A stretch of 64,000 nt of DNA, taken from positions 40,705 through 104,704 of the forward strand of contig JAAYOB010000015.1 of the NCBI GenBank assembly GCA_012520575.1, given 5' to 3'. Of this stretch, positions 19,005 to 30,193 are shown one piece after another. The DNA is from Candidatus Stramentimicrobium fermentans. GTDB taxonomy: Bacteria > Atribacterota > Phoenicimicrobiia > Phoenicimicrobiales > Stramentimicrobiaceae. The position numbers were made by a program, and so were the translations under genes. The notes beneath the pieces were generated by a model. The model was not told the origin of the DNA. It ran no database searches and was given only the letters and a program-made list of their open reading frames with translations. The number at the start of each line of letters is the position of its first letter. The first letter of the stretch is position 1.

Positions 19005-19835
19005 ATGAAAATTAAAAAATACTTGCCTGCACTTAGCATGTGGCTCTTGTTTGAAATTATTGCTGTAACGACATGGCTTACAATGGGTCCGATATTTTAT
19101 CTTTTTAATTTTACGTATATCGGAACGTCAATTGCGATAGGTTTAATACTATATACCCAAAAGAAAAAATATGCCCGCAGTGTGGTTCAGCTTGCAGTCG
19201 GTTTGTATATGCTCGTGTATCTGGGTATCATCTGCCGGGAAAATATGCAGATAGAGGGCTTTTGGTTTTATCTTTTTCTCGGAGTGTTTTCAGCCGGTAC
19301 ACTCCATTATGCTATTGCAAAAATTTTCGGTCCTTTGCTCTTTGGTCGCGGTTGGTGTGGCTATGCTTGTTGGACGGCGATGGTATTGGATTTTCTTCCG
19401 TTCAAAACGCCTGCCGGCCCTCGAAAATCCATAGGCTTTATTCGCTACATTGTTTTTATAGCTTCATTCATATTTGTCGCCTTACTCTTTATTCTGCAAG
19501 TTCCTGATATAGAGTATATCATGTGGTTGTGTTTTATTATTGGAAACATTATCTATTATATAGTCGGAATAGTTTTAGCCTACAAATTTAAGGACAACAG
19601 AGCTTTTTGTAAATATATCTGCCCCATTACTATCTTCTTAAAGCCGATGACCTATTTCTCTCTCACCCGTGTTAGGGTAGATAAAGAGAAATGTATTTCT
19701 TGTGGAAAATGCGAACAGGTATGTCCAATGGAGGTGGAAATTCTCAATAATTCCCGGAAACGAAAAAACGGCACCGAGTGCATTCAGTGCATGCAATGTG
19801 TAGATGCTTGTCCCAAAAATGCCTTAAAAATTTAG
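19005..19835 (+). CDS. Integral membrane 4Fe-4S polyferredoxin (NapH/MauN-like)
   Basis: Several TM helices plus a C-terminal CISCGKCEQVCP and CIQCMQCVDACP ferredoxin motif. Confidence 0.6.
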   Translation: MKIKKYLPALSMWLLFEIIAVTTWLTMGPIFYLFNFTYIGTSIAIGLILYTQKKKYARSVVQLAVGLYMLVYLGIICRENMQIEGFWFYLFLGVFSAGTLHYAIAKIFGPLLFGRGWCGYACWTAMVLDFLPFKTPAGPRKSIGFIRYIVFIASFIFVALLFILQVPDIEYIMWLCFIIGNIIYYIVGIVLAYKFKDNRAFCKYICPITIFLKPMTYFSLTRVRVDKEKCISCGKCEQVCPMEVEILNNSRKRKNGTECIQCMQCVDACPKNALKI

Positions 19836-20124
19836 GCTCTACTCTACTTAAAATGATATCTTTAAAGCAGAATAGACAAATTGCTTTTTCCGGTGGTTCA
19901 GAACGTGTATTTTCATATTTGAGTTCAATGATAGCCAGACTTGTGCTACTCCCTCTGCTCATGAAAACAAAGGTCAAAAAATGTATTTTTCGACTTGTAA
20001 TTACCGGTCGCCGTTAATAGTGACATATATAGTTAAGATTTCTTGGGAATACTAAATTGACTTCATGCTTTCTTGACTGAGTCCTTAGTCGATTTTTCAG
20101 AAATAGTTTCTATATATATATTCT

Positions 20125-20613
20125 TTAAAGTCTATTTCTAGTCGGTCTAAGAGCTTTGGGGGGACCTAAAATTTCCGAAGCTATAATTGCCAAAGGCAGT
20201 TGTTGACCCAACAACAACTCTTTCAGCACTTGTTGAGAATCGGTCGAATCCAAAGATCTTGTTGTTTCTCTCTCTCCTTCCTCATCTAATAACAATGAGG
20301 GCATGAATGGTTCTACCTTTTCTTGTTTGGGCAAAGGTTCAAACTTTTCATCTTCTTCTGCATAGAGGATATCATCCATTACATCCTGTTGTTCTTCTGC
20401 TTCTTTGATTTCCGGTTTCTCGGCAGGTTTTAAAACTCCCATATCTGCGGTCTCTGCTGTATTTTCTGGAGTATCTTCCATTTTATCTTCCGGTGATTCC
20501 TCTCCAAAAGACCAGGGGTCAAAGAAAGGTTCCTTACTTCTAATCCTTCTCGCCTTCTTTCTTAAAGAGGAAAGAAGTGACATCAGGATAAAAGCAAATA
20601 TTAAAAACTGCAT
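20125..20613 (-). CDS. Hypothetical membrane-anchored, highly acidic protein downstream of floA
   Basis: N-terminal TM helix, then an E/D-rich low-complexity region. Confidence 0.4.
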   Translation of the reverse strand: MQFLIFAFILMSLLSSLRKKARRIRSKEPFFDPWSFGEESPEDKMEDTPENTAETADMGVLKPAEKPEIKEAEEQQDVMDDILYAEEDEKFEPLPKQEKVEPFMPSLLLDEEGERETTRSLDSTDSQQVLKELLLGQQLPLAIIASEILGPPKALRPTRNRL

Positions 20614-20677
20614 CTCATTACCTCTAGGTAGTTTCTGACTATCTATTATTTTTATAAATTTTTTATACCGGTAATAC

Positions 20678-21682
20678 TTATTTTTTTGTATTATCTTTTT
20701 TAGCAGTATCAGTGCTCATCCGAGATATGGCTCCCCTCATCTGGGTATCTGATTGAATATTTTGCATCTGATAATAATCCATAACTCCTAATTTTCCTTC
20801 TCGCAGTGCCTGTGCCAGGGCTTTGGGTACCTCAGCCTCAGCCTCTACTACTCTTGCCCTCATCTCCTGCACTGATGCTTTCATCTCCTGCTCTTTGGCT
20901 ACAGCCATAGCCCTTCTCTCTTCAGCTTTAGCCTGGGCGATACGTTTATCAGCTTCTGCCTGGTCGGTCTGCAGTCTTGCCCCGATGTTTTTCCCTACAT
21001 CTACATCAGCGATATCGATGGATAAAATTTCAAAGGCTGTGCCGGAATCCAAGCCCTTTTTTAGTATTGTACGAGAGATATCATCCGGGTTCTCCAGCAC
21101 TTTTTTATGGTTTTCCGCAGAACCAATGGTAGTAACTATTCCTTCGCCGACTCGTGCCACAATAGTCTCCTCCCCGGCACCGCCTACTAAACGTTCAATA
21201 TTAGCTCTAACTGTAACTCTGGCTTTTGCCTTTAATTCTATGCCATCAATAGCTACGGCAGCTACGGTAGGGGTTTCAATTACCTTAGGATTAACACTCA
21301 TCTGGACAGCATTTAAAACATCCCGACCGGCTAAGTCAATAGCGGCAGCCCTCTCAAATCCCAGGTCAATATTGGCTCTTTGAGCCGCAATGAGGGCATT
21401 AACTACCTTATCTACATTTCCGCCGGCCAAATAATGCCCTTCCAGTTCGTTAACATTCAGATCCAATCCTGCTTTGGTCGCTTTTATCAGGGGTTCCACC
21501 ACTTTAGAGGGGATAACTCTACGCAATCTCATACCGATAAGATTTACCAAACTCACCCTCACTCCCGCTGCTAAGGCGGCAATCCATAATCTTAAAGGAA
21601 TAAAACTGAATATTACCGAAAAAACTGTTACCGCAAGAAATATGATTACCAGAAGCGGCAAAGTACTCCCAATGTATAGCAT
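20678..21682 (-). CDS. floA: Flotillin-like protein FloA (UPF0365 / YqfA)
   Basis: N-terminal TM segment. SPFH-like core with an alanine/glutamate-rich coiled coil [28 protein letters not shown]. Confidence 0.75.
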   Translation of the reverse strand: MLYIGSTLPLLVIIFLAVTVFSVIFSFIPLRLWIAALAAGVRVSLVNLIGMRLRRVIPSKVVEPLIKATKAGLDLNVNELEGHYLAGGNVDKVVNALIAAQRANIDLGFERAAAIDLAGRDVLNAVQMSVNPKVIETPTVAAVAIDGIELKAKARVTVRANIERLVGGAGEETIVARVGEGIVTTIGSAENHKKVLENPDDISRTILKKGLDSGTAFEILSIDIADVDVGKNIGARLQTDQAEADKRIAQAKAEERRAMAVAKEQEMKASVQEMRARVVEAEAEVPKALAQALREGKLGVMDYYQMQNIQSDTQMRGAISRMSTDTAKKDNTKK

Positions 21683-21710
21683 AGCTAATTTTCTCCTTTC
21701 TCCAATATAA

Positions 21711-23048
21711 TTATCTTTGCAATTCTTTATTAATTATTTTTCGAACTACAATACGGTATCCTTCTACTTTAATAACTTTCACTTTTTCATTAGATTCTAA
21801 AAAACCGCTTTCACTAACCGCATCATATCTTTTTCCTTCTATTTCAATCTTACCGGTTAGACGTAAAGGAGTGATGGTTTGACCTTCTTTGCCCAGCAGA
21901 AAACTATAATCTGTACCTGAACTATAACCGGCCTCACGGGTAGCCGATTGGGATAGTACAAAACTTTTTAAAGCACCTTTACGTTGTAAATATTTGAAGG
22001 ATAAAAAGCTTCCAATTCCGGCAATAAGAAGAGAGATTAAAAGCATGTATATTCCGTAAGCAGTCGAGGCAGCTGACAGAATGATAGATATGATAACTGC
22101 AACCAGACCGGTTATACCAAAAATACCAAAACCGGGAATAAATGCCTCTATCACCAGCAGTACAATACCGAAAAGGAAGAGCAGGGTGGCAGGCCAACCG
22201 CTGACTCCGGTCAAAAAATGTCCGCCAAAGTAAAGACCGAAAGAGAATATACCCAAAAGCCCTCCTATACCAAAACCGGGAGTTAATATCTCTACTACCA
22301 CAAAGAAAAAACCCGACACTAAGAGCAGGGTGGCAATTATCGGATTTATCAGCCAGCCGCTAAGTCTTTCCCAGAAAGTAGCCGAACTATATATCAATTC
22401 GCTCCCCGATAAGTCAACCCGGTCCAGAAGTTCTGATATAGAATTTACGGTGCCGTCACTGAAAGAGAGTTTTTCTGCCTCCTGAGCGGTAAGGGTTAAT
22501 AGTTCCCCTACTTTTACCAGTCCATTGATAGCCAGTTGTCTGCGTACCATGGCTGCTGCAATAAGCGGGTCTTTTCCACGTCTTTCGGCAGTGCTTCTCA
22601 TCTCGGCTTCCCAAAAGGAGATTACCTTTTCGTCTACTTGACCACCGCCTAATAGTATTGGCTCTGCCGCCCCAATGGTAGAGCCGGGAGTCATAAAGAA
22701 CTTATCAGTAGCTAAGGCCAGATACGCACCGGCGGAAAGGGCATCAGTGTTGATATAAGCATATACCGGTATGGTAAATTCATCGAGGAGTTTCTTAGCA
22801 TCACGGGCTGTGTCTATAAATCCTCCCGGTGTGTCTAAATCCAGAACAACAGCTTGTGCCCCGGATTCTTGCGCCATCTTTAGAGAGCGTTCTAAAAAAA
22901 GCAGCCAGCCGGGTTCTATCTGCCCTTTAACCGGTATGACGTAGACTGAAACAGAGCTTGCCTGCAGAACCAGGGAGCTACATAAAAGCAATATGGCTAA
23001 AATGACAAAAACAAAAGAGAATTTTCTTTTCAATAAATTGACCTCCAT
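21711..23048 (-). CDS. nfeD: NfeD-family membrane-bound serine protease (ClpP class), partner of FloA
   Basis: Signal/TM segment, a ClpP-like domain, internal TM helices and a C-terminal OB-fold. Lies immediately upstream of floA. Confidence 0.7.
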   Translation of the reverse strand: MEVNLLKRKFSFVFVILAILLLCSSLVLQASSVSVYVIPVKGQIEPGWLLFLERSLKMAQESGAQAVVLDLDTPGGFIDTARDAKKLLDEFTIPVYAYINTDALSAGAYLALATDKFFMTPGSTIGAAEPILLGGGQVDEKVISFWEAEMRSTAERRGKDPLIAAAMVRRQLAINGLVKVGELLTLTAQEAEKLSFSDGTVNSISELLDRVDLSGSELIYSSATFWERLSGWLINPIIATLLLVSGFFFVVVEILTPGFGIGGLLGIFSFGLYFGGHFLTGVSGWPATLLFLFGIVLLVIEAFIPGFGIFGITGLVAVIISIILSAASTAYGIYMLLISLLIAGIGSFLSFKYLQRKGALKSFVLSQSATREAGYSSGTDYSFLLGKEGQTITPLRLTGKIEIEGKRYDAVSESGFLESNEKVKVIKVEGYRIVVRKIINKELQR

Positions 23049-23415
23049 TTAAATAAAAGAATTTCCGGGAAATTCAATATGAACCTTTATCCATCAAAAT
23101 ACAGATTTATTTAATACTATCAGTTTCATAAAATTTCGGCAAGCCTGTCTAAAACCCGGAAGATATTTTGTCTGCCAGACTAAAGGTGTATTTTTTACTA
23201 TCATACATGATAAGGGTAGACAGATACCTTTTTTGCCAAGCTTAGATTTATTAATAATATTTGTGAAGCAATCAAAAAAGTATCAGCCGAGAGGATGCTG
23301 AAAATCAGAATATTTCCTGAAAGATGGAGTAGTTGTTGGCAACAAAAGTTGTAAAGTAAATCTCTTAAAAATACACACAGTAAGAGAAAAATGCTATCTA
23401 GCTTTAGTCAAACGA

Positions 23416-24210
23416 TTACATAATGACTTGTGGAATGGACAGCTCGGGGTGTTGTATGATATATGGTTTGGTGCGGTATACTTTTTTTAAGTTGTATTCA
23501 TTGATAACCTCTTGCGGAGTACCTATCGTTTCAATTCGACCCTTGTTTAATAGAATGAGCTGATCAGAACAGAAGCTCGCTAGATTAAGGTCATGGAAAA
23601 CAGATATAATACATTTTAATTCTTTCTTTAAAGCGTCTTGGAGAATTTTGCTGATCTCGTATTTATAACTTAAATCTAAATGTGATGTGAACTCATCCAG
23701 CATAAGTATCCGGGGAGTTTGTGCCAGCGCCCGGGCAATTTGCACCCTTTGTTTCTCACCGCCGCTGATCTGATGGATTCTCTTCTCGGCATAACCTAAA
23801 GAATCTGTCCTTTCCATAGCATCATACGAAATCTGATAATCTGGAATTGTTTCACCTTTCCACTGATTGATATAGGGAATTCGGCCCATAAAGACTATCT
23901 CTTTTATCTTGTAGTTATAGGCAACATAGGATTCTTGTGGAACCATAGAGATAATCTTAGCCATTTCACGGCGTGGTATTGTTCTAACATTCCGGTTGTC
24001 TACTTTTACTTCTCCTTTTTGAGGGGTAAGAATACCTGATATTAGTTTTAGCATGGTAGTCTTCCCTGAGCCGTTGGGACCAATAATGCCTATAAATTTC
24101 CCGGGGAAGAGAGACAAATTTATCTCTTGAAGTACCGGTTGGCTATTATAAGAAAAGCTAACTCCTTCCAAAGAGACAATCGGTTTAGAATCAATATCCA
24201 TCAGAATCAT
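23416..24210 (-). CDS. ABC transporter ATP-binding protein (FecE/BtuD family). The start is probably the internal Met MILMDIDSK rather than the track's first Met.
   Basis: Walker A GPNGSGKTT, signature ISGGEKQR, Walker B LMLDEFTSHLD. Confidence 0.8.
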   Translation of the reverse strand: MILMDIDSKPIVSLEGVSFSYNSQPVLQEINLSLFPGKFIGIIGPNGSGKTTMLKLISGILTPQKGEVKVDNRNVRTIPRREMAKIISMVPQESYVAYNYKIKEIVFMGRIPYINQWKGETIPDYQISYDAMERTDSLGYAEKRIHQISGGEKQRVQIARALAQTPRILMLDEFTSHLDLSYKYEISKILQDALKKELKCIISVFHDLNLASFCSDQLILLNKGRIETIGTPQEVINEYNLKKVYRTKPYIIQHPELSIPQVIM

Positions 24211-25249
24211 TCCTCCTTTTGAGCAGGTGAATAAAGAGCGGTGCACCTATTAGAGCTGTGATTGCCCCGATAGGTATCTCGTTGGGCGCCATAATACTGC
24301 GTGCCAGGGTGTCACAGATAAGCAAAAAAAGAGAACCCATTAAAGCTGAAGCCGGGAGCATAATACGATGGTCAGGCCCTACCAGCAGGCGGGCAATATG
24401 GGGAATTACCAATCCCACAAAACCAATTAGCCCGGTAAAAGAGACCACCGCAGCAATCATCATGGAGCCCGTCAGAAATATTTTAAGTCTTAATTTGCCG
24501 GTCTGTATACCTAGATGTAATGCTTCTTCCTCACCCAGTGCCATAGCATTTAGCTCCAGGGCAGCAGATATCTGATATATGGTTCCTGCAAAGGCCGGTA
24601 GAGCAATCCAGGATACTTTTTGCCAGCTGGCGGTAGATAAATCTCCCATTAGCCAGAATAACATGGAATGTGTTCCCCGTCTGGAAATAGCTAAGAGCAG
24701 GGTAATGATAGCCGAGAAGAAAAAATTAATTGCTACTCCTGATAATAAAAGGTCTGTGGTAGGTAAATGCAATCTTTTCCTGGATAAAAGATATACTAAA
24801 TAGATAGAAACGAAGGAGCCAAAAAGGGCAAAGACCGGCAAAAATGGAGCCAGAAACAATCCCATGGTGTATTGAAAAGCAATAGCAATACAAGCCCCTA
24901 AAGCCGCTCCTGCCGATACCCCCAGAATATAGGGATCAGTAAGTGGATTTCTTAGGATTCCCTGAAAACTTCCACCTACCACAGCGAGTGCCATACCTGC
25001 AAGCATAGCCATTATTAATCTTGGTAAGCGCAGTTCCCAGATAATAAGTCCCAAGCTATCATCTGTTTGGTGTTGCCATATGATAGACCATATTTTTTGG
25101 GGCTGAATAGCAATAGCACCAAAATTTAAAGCAATAAAGCCAATAATAAGAATTGAAAAAAAGCCAATAATCAGTATAAAAAAGGCCTTAGAGCGCCAAT
25201 TGGGATAACCATAATATTCATTTTTCTCTGACTTGGGTAAAAATTTCAT
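24191..25249 (-). CDS. FecCD-family ABC permease
   Basis: 352-aa membrane protein with BtuC-like sequence. Confidence 0.8.
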   Translation of the reverse strand: MKFLPKSEKNEYYGYPNWRSKAFFILIIGFFSILIIGFIALNFGAIAIQPQKIWSIIWQHQTDDSLGLIIWELRLPRLIMAMLAGMALAVVGGSFQGILRNPLTDPYILGVSAGAALGACIAIAFQYTMGLFLAPFLPVFALFGSFVSIYLVYLLSRKRLHLPTTDLLLSGVAINFFFSAIITLLLAISRRGTHSMLFWLMGDLSTASWQKVSWIALPAFAGTIYQISAALELNAMALGEEEALHLGIQTGKLRLKIFLTGSMMIAAVVSFTGLIGFVGLVIPHIARLLVGPDHRIMLPASALMGSLFLLICDTLARSIMAPNEIPIGAITALIGAPLFIHLLKRRNDSDGY

Positions 25250-26156
25250 AAAGGAGTTCTAATCCATCGACCAGACGAGGACCTTCACGGTAAAAAAGGT
25301 CTTCATTCACGGTAAAAATTTGATTATTTCTGATAGCCGGTATCTGAGACCAACCCGGATGGTCAATCACATCTTGCTTCATCTTATCAGTCTCTTCAGG
25401 GTTCATAATGCCACTGGAAATAATAATAATGTCCGGCTCTGCCTGTGCCACTAATTCTGCACTGACAGGTACCCATCCTTCTAAATTCGCCACAATATTT
25501 TGCCCACCGGCTAAAGTAATTAATTCATCAAATATGGTACCCTTACCCGGACTCCAGATGGTCTCATAGTTTGAACCGGTAAATACTTTTAACCTGTCTG
25601 TTTCTGTTATTGCGGTATTTAGAGATGTAATCAGGTTGATACGTTCCTGTAGATTTGCAATCAGTTCTCTTCCTTTTTTCGGTTCTCCACAGGCAGTCGA
25701 AATAAGCTCTATAGTAGCTAGCATTTCATATAGGGAGGTTGGCTCGGTTACCAATACCTTGAAACCCAATTCCCTCAGTCTGGGAATTTCCTTGGCCTGA
25801 TATCCTCCATAAGCCAAGACTAAGTCTGGTTTTAAGGAAATAATTTTTTCTAGATTCAAAGGTGACATTAAACCGATATTCTCAATATTTTCGGCTTCAA
25901 GAGGATAATTACAAAATTCACTCCTACCTACCAGTTTGTTCTCCAGTCCCAAAGCAAAGATGATTTCAGTGGTGTGGGGTGCGATAGAGATGATTCTTTC
26001 CGGTTTTTGTAGAAGGGTGACTTCTGTGTTCAGGACATCAACTAAAGTGATTGGAAATAAATTATCCTGTGAGTTTCCCCATACCGGAAAAGATATAAGT
26101 ACAAGCAGAGATAGCGTTAAAAGTATAGCCATGGGCATCATTAATCTTTTGTGCAT
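25218..26156 (-). CDS. btuF: BtuF-like periplasmic cobalamin-binding protein
   Basis: Signal peptide. RIISIAPHTTEIIFALGLENKLVGRSEFCNYP matches the BtuF N-lobe. First gene after a B12 riboswitch. Confidence 0.7.
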   Translation of the reverse strand: MHKRLMMPMAILLTLSLLVLISFPVWGNSQDNLFPITLVDVLNTEVTLLQKPERIISIAPHTTEIIFALGLENKLVGRSEFCNYPLEAENIENIGLMSPLNLEKIISLKPDLVLAYGGYQAKEIPRLRELGFKVLVTEPTSLYEMLATIELISTACGEPKKGRELIANLQERINLITSLNTAITETDRLKVFTGSNYETIWSPGKGTIFDELITLAGGQNIVANLEGWVPVSAELVAQAEPDIIIISSGIMNPEETDKMKQDVIDHPGWSQIPAIRNNQIFTVNEDLFYREGPRLVDGLELLYEIFTQVREK

Positions 26157-26204
26157 AATAATTTTTCTCCTTCCTTTATTGGAAAAACCTCATTTATAAA
26201 ATAA

Positions 26205-26402
26205 AGAACACACCCTTTGACCACGAAAGAGTGTAACGGGTTCCCAACAGGCAGGTCTCCTGGCTTGAGGCTGTCTAATTGCTGCGCCTTCCCAAAACTT
26301 TTGTTCCAGTGGCGTTATGCAGCTTTCGGTACCTTTTACAGTAACGGGCTTGCGGTGGATTTGCACCACACTTCCCTTAACCTGTCAGGATAATATATTC
26401 AG
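26205..26402 (-). promoter_or_regulatory. Cobalamin riboswitch with terminator platform
   Basis: Minus-strand RNA carries GGTGCAAATCCACCGCAAGCCCGTTACTGT, then GCCACTGG, GGGAAGGCGC and a perfect B12 box AGCCAGGAGACCTGCC. The terminator is ACACTCTTTcgtggtcAAAGGGTGT plus a U-run. Confidence 0.85.
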
Positions 26403-26567
26403 TTTTCAATCTACTTTTTGATTAACGGGTTCCGGCTATTCAATTGCTGCATAATAAATAAGGTTATACTTGCCGGTAGAGTTTTTACTTGTACAGCATT
26501 CTATGTTATTATAAATAATATAAGGTAATATTTCAATTAATAATTTCCTTAAATAAGGAGTGAAGTT

Positions 26568-27083
26568 GTGAAAGGCTTGATACAGGTTTATACCGGTAGC
26601 GGTAAGGGGAAAACGACCGCAGCGCTGGGGCAAGCTGTGAGGGCTGCCGGGCGGGATAAAAAAGTCTTAATAGTGCAGTTTATGAAAAAATGGGATTATG
26701 GTGAACTGCATTCTCTCAAAAATATACCGGAAATAACTCTCAAAACATTTGGTACCAAAGACTTTATCTATAAGGGCAAAGCCAAAGAGATTGATTTTGA
26801 AGAGGCCAAAAGGGCTTTTGCTGAAGGGGTAGAAGGTGCCTTAAGCGGAAAATATGATATAGTTATTTTTGATGAACTAAATGTGGCTCTGGATTTTGGT
26901 CTTTTAAAAATCAAGCAGGTATTGGATTTTTTAAAAGCAAAACCGAGAACCGTAGAAGTAATAATTACCGGTAGAAATGCTCCTGCAGAAATAATAGATT
27001 TAGCAGATTTGGTAACTGAAATGAAAGAAATCAAGCACCCCTTCCAGAAGGGTATTTCAGCTAGAATTGGTATAGAGTACTAA
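26568..27083 (+). CDS. cobO: Cob(I)yrinic acid a,c-diamide / corrinoid adenosyltransferase (CobA/BtuR/CobO type)
   Basis: GTG start with RBS AAGGAG. MKGLIQVYTGSGKGKTTAALG P-loop. C-terminal HPFQKGISARIGIEY. Confidence 0.85.
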   Translation: MKGLIQVYTGSGKGKTTAALGQAVRAAGRDKKVLIVQFMKKWDYGELHSLKNIPEITLKTFGTKDFIYKGKAKEIDFEEAKRAFAEGVEGALSGKYDIVIFDELNVALDFGLLKIKQVLDFLKAKPRTVEVIITGRNAPAEIIDLADLVTEMKEIKHPFQKGISARIGIEY

Positions 27084-27164
27084 TAAATTGGCTCAATTTA
27101 GTATAAATTATAGTGAAACAAGAGCAGTAAAAAATAATTAGGACAGGCGGGAAAAAGAATAAAC

Positions 27165-27413
27165 ATGGATGAAAATAGATTGCAAGATTCAAAAGTAGTC
27201 CTGCTCTGCTCAGTAGCAACTGAAGTAGACGCCCTTCCTATACAAAGTTTGTTAGAAAGTTATGGTATCAAGTGTATATTACAATCAGATGTTACACGTT
27301 CCGTTCATCCTTTTGTGGCAGATGGATTAGCGGAGGTTAGAATACTGGTTTTAGAGCAGGATTTAGCCAGAGCCAGAGAAGTATTACGGGGCTCAGATTG
27401 TGTGCCTACCTAA
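27165..27413 (+). CDS. Small DUF2007-like putative signal-transducing protein
   Basis: 82 aa with the pattern LLxSxGI...DxxxxG...VxVLVxExDxxxARExL. Confidence 0.4.
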   Translation: MDENRLQDSKVVLLCSVATEVDALPIQSLLESYGIKCILQSDVTRSVHPFVADGLAEVRILVLEQDLARAREVLRGSDCVPT

Positions 27414-27518
27414 TCGGTAGCCTTAGCTAATAGGATATGCTTTTTTAGAACATATTAAATAAAAAGGTAAATTTTAATAATATCATGGAATAAGGCTAAC
27501 AATTTAAGGAGGTTATAG

Positions 27519-27995
27519 TTGGATAAAATTTTAATTATCTATGGTTCCGAAGGCGGCATTGTAGAGAAAATGGCTCAGACTGTCAGAGAAGGGATTATGG
27601 AGACCGATGGCTTTGAGGTTATACTTAAGAAGGCTGAAGAGGCCAGTCAAGATGACTTAAGGGCAGTCTCAGGTATAGCTATTGGTACACCTGATTATTT
27701 TGATTATATGGCCGGTACCGTGAAGGGTTTTTTTGATAGGACTTTTTATCCCGTTCAGAGTAAGATAAGAGGTAGTCTGACGGCGGATTTGCCCTGTGTA
27801 CTCTTTGCCTCAGGAGGTACCGGAGGAGAACCGGCATTGGCCAGTTTAAAAAAGATCAGTCGGGCTTTTAAGTTTAATATCGTAGATACTGTTGCCAGCG
27901 GGGCTCGTTTTACAGAAGAGGTTAAAGAGCAATCTTTTTTATTGGGCAAGAGATTAGCAGAGGAGATTAAGAAGCGAAAAGGAAAATCCCTTTAA
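27519..27995 (+). CDS. Flavodoxin-like protein
   Basis: MDKILIIYGSEGGIVEKMAQ and GTPDYFDYMAG motifs. 158 aa. Confidence 0.7.
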   Translation: MDKILIIYGSEGGIVEKMAQTVREGIMETDGFEVILKKAEEASQDDLRAVSGIAIGTPDYFDYMAGTVKGFFDRTFYPVQSKIRGSLTADLPCVLFASGGTGGEPALASLKKISRAFKFNIVDTVASGARFTEEVKEQSFLLGKRLAEEIKKRKGKSL

Positions 27996-28033
27996 AATTG
28001 TGGAGTTAATAAAAAATCAAAAGGAGAAACCAC

Positions 28034-28255
28034 ATGAGAGATAAAATAGAAAAAGCATTGGAAAAGATCAGACCCTCTCTCCAAGTCGATGGAGGAGATG
28101 TAGAATTGGTTGAAGTAACCGATGATGGAATTGTGAAGGTAAAATTGACCGGTGCCTGTCGGGGTTGCCCTATGAGTCAGGTTACTTTAAAGATGGGTAT
28201 TGAAAGAGCTTTACAGAAAGACGTTCCGGAGGTTAAGGAAGTTCAGTCAGTCTGA
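28034..28255 (+). CDS. NifU-like (Nfu C-terminal domain) protein
   Basis: 73 aa with the LTGACRGCPMS motif. Confidence 0.7.
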   Translation: MRDKIEKALEKIRPSLQVDGGDVELVEVTDDGIVKVKLTGACRGCPMSQVTLKMGIERALQKDVPEVKEVQSV

Positions 28256-28332
28256 ATGAGTCCGGTTGATTATTAATTGAGATAAATACAATCTGAATAG
28301 ATAAACATAATATAAACTGAGAGGAGAACAAG

Positions 28333-28908
28333 ATGGGAAAATTAAAAGGTACAGAAACAGAAAAAAATTTACTGGCAGCCTTTGCCGGTGAATCACAGGC
28401 CAGAAGCAGATATACCTATTTCGCCAGTGTAGCCAAAAAAGAAGGGTATGAACAGATTAGGGCAATTTTTCAGGAAACCGCTGATAATGAATTGGAACAT
28501 GCCAAAAGGTTCTTTAAACTATTGGAAGGCGGCGAGGTTGAGATTCAAGCCAGCTATCCGGCCGGTATGATTGGCAGCACTGCCCAAAATTTAGAAGCTG
28601 CCGCTGAAGGCGAACTATTAGAATGGGACACTATCTATAAAGAAGCGGCTGAAGTTGCTAGAAAAGAAGGGTTTGAACATGTTGCAGTGCAATTTGAGGA
28701 AATTGCTAAAGTGGAGATGCAGCATGAAGCAAGATTTCGTAAACTATTGGATAATTTAAAGAATGGTAAGGTCTTTAAAAGAGATGAAAAAGTAGCTTGG
28801 CATTGTCGAAATTGCGGTTATGTCTTAGAATCAAAGAGTGCACCAAGCAAATGTCCGGCTTGTGACCATCCTCAAGCCCATTTCCAATTAAAACCGACAA
28901 ATTACTAA
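28333..28908 (+). CDS. rbr: Rubrerythrin
   Basis: Ferritin-like di-iron ExxH motifs plus a C-terminal rubredoxin CRNCGY...CPACDHP. Confidence 0.85.
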   Translation: MGKLKGTETEKNLLAAFAGESQARSRYTYFASVAKKEGYEQIRAIFQETADNELEHAKRFFKLLEGGEVEIQASYPAGMIGSTAQNLEAAAEGELLEWDTIYKEAAEVARKEGFEHVAVQFEEIAKVEMQHEARFRKLLDNLKNGKVFKRDEKVAWHCRNCGYVLESKSAPSKCPACDHPQAHFQLKPTNY

Positions 28909-28952
28909 AGGCATAGCCTTAACTAAAAATATTTATATCCAGCTATTAATAT

Positions 28953-29000
28953 AAAAGAAGCACTTATACGGAATGTAACTTTAAAAGTGCTTCTTTTTAC
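28953..29000 (+). terminator. Rho-independent terminator after rbr
   Basis: AAGAAGCACT...AGTGCTTCTT hairpin followed by TTTTT. Confidence 0.6.
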
Positions 29001-29181
29001 ATGTTTTCAAGTTTTAATGGATAACTTAAGTTATTGCTATAGCTAAGTACTTTGTTTATAATAAAAGAGGTATTACGATATTATTTCTATCGATTGCGAA
29101 AAGCTATTTTCATAAATTCCTATAGATAAAAGTATTAGAAAGGTTTCTTAAAGAAAATATTTTAAGGAGGTTCCATTAAGT

Positions 29182-30039
29182 ATGGAGTATATTAGTACGT
29201 TCTTCTGGATTTTTTTCATTTTTTCTATGCTGTCACCCTGGTTTAAACAGAGAAACCTGGAATCATCTCGTATCACACTCATTCATCGTCTGGAAAAGAA
29301 GAGAGGTTCTCGGGTAATTTCTATGATTCATAGACAGGAGACCATGAGTATATTGGGAGTACCCTTAGTTCGCTACATTAACATTGAGGACTCGGAGGCC
29401 ATTCTTAGGGCAATTAGATTGACCGATGATAATGTTCCTATAGACATTATTTTGCATACACCGGGCGGACTGGTACTGGCAACTGAACAGATAGCCAATG
29501 CCTTAATACGTCATAAAGAGAAAGTAACCGTATTCGTTCCCCACTACGCCATGAGTGGCGGGACCATGCTCTCTTTAGCGGCGGATGAGATAATTATGGA
29601 TGAAAATGCCGTTTTAGGTCCGGTAGACCCGCAATTAGGGCAATACCCGGCTGTTTCTATCCTCAATGTGCTGAAAGATAAAGATAAAAATGAGATTGAT
29701 GACGAAACCTTGATTCAGGCTGATATTGCTCGCAAAGCAATTGCGCAGGTCTATAACTTTGTAAAACGGTTACTAATAGAGAACAAATGCAGTGAAGAGA
29801 AGGCGGAAAAAATTGCCCAAACCCTTACCGAAGGCAGATGGACGCATGATTATCCTATCAAATTTGAAGAAGCAAAAGAATTAGGATTATGTGTATCGAC
29901 CGATATGCCTAAGGAAATTTATGAATTGATGGATCTTTACCCTCAACGTCCGGGAATGAGACCATCTGTCCAGTATATTCCGGTACCTTATAAAAAACCG
30001 GGAGCTTCGCCAACCAACAACAGTGATACCAGCAATTGA
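29182..30039 (+). CDS. SDH-family Clp-fold serine protease (SppA/NfeD-related), membrane anchored
   Basis: N-terminal TM helix. ILHTPGGLVLATEQIANALI and a YAMSGGTMLSLAADE catalytic-Ser region. Confidence 0.6.
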   Translation: MEYISTFFWIFFIFSMLSPWFKQRNLESSRITLIHRLEKKRGSRVISMIHRQETMSILGVPLVRYINIEDSEAILRAIRLTDDNVPIDIILHTPGGLVLATEQIANALIRHKEKVTVFVPHYAMSGGTMLSLAADEIIMDENAVLGPVDPQLGQYPAVSILNVLKDKDKNEIDDETLIQADIARKAIAQVYNFVKRLLIENKCSEEKAEKIAQTLTEGRWTHDYPIKFEEAKELGLCVSTDMPKEIYELMDLYPQRPGMRPSVQYIPVPYKKPGASPTNNSDTSN

Positions 30040-30193
30040 TAATCCTGTTAATAATTTCTTTCTGAACATTTATGTTATTAAAAAGGCATTTTCAAAATGA
30101 AAAATGAGGATGGGATAGAAAAAGCGGTCATTACATCAGGCATAAAAATACCGGTATTAAAAAAGTCATTATAGAGAAGAGAAGGGAAATATT

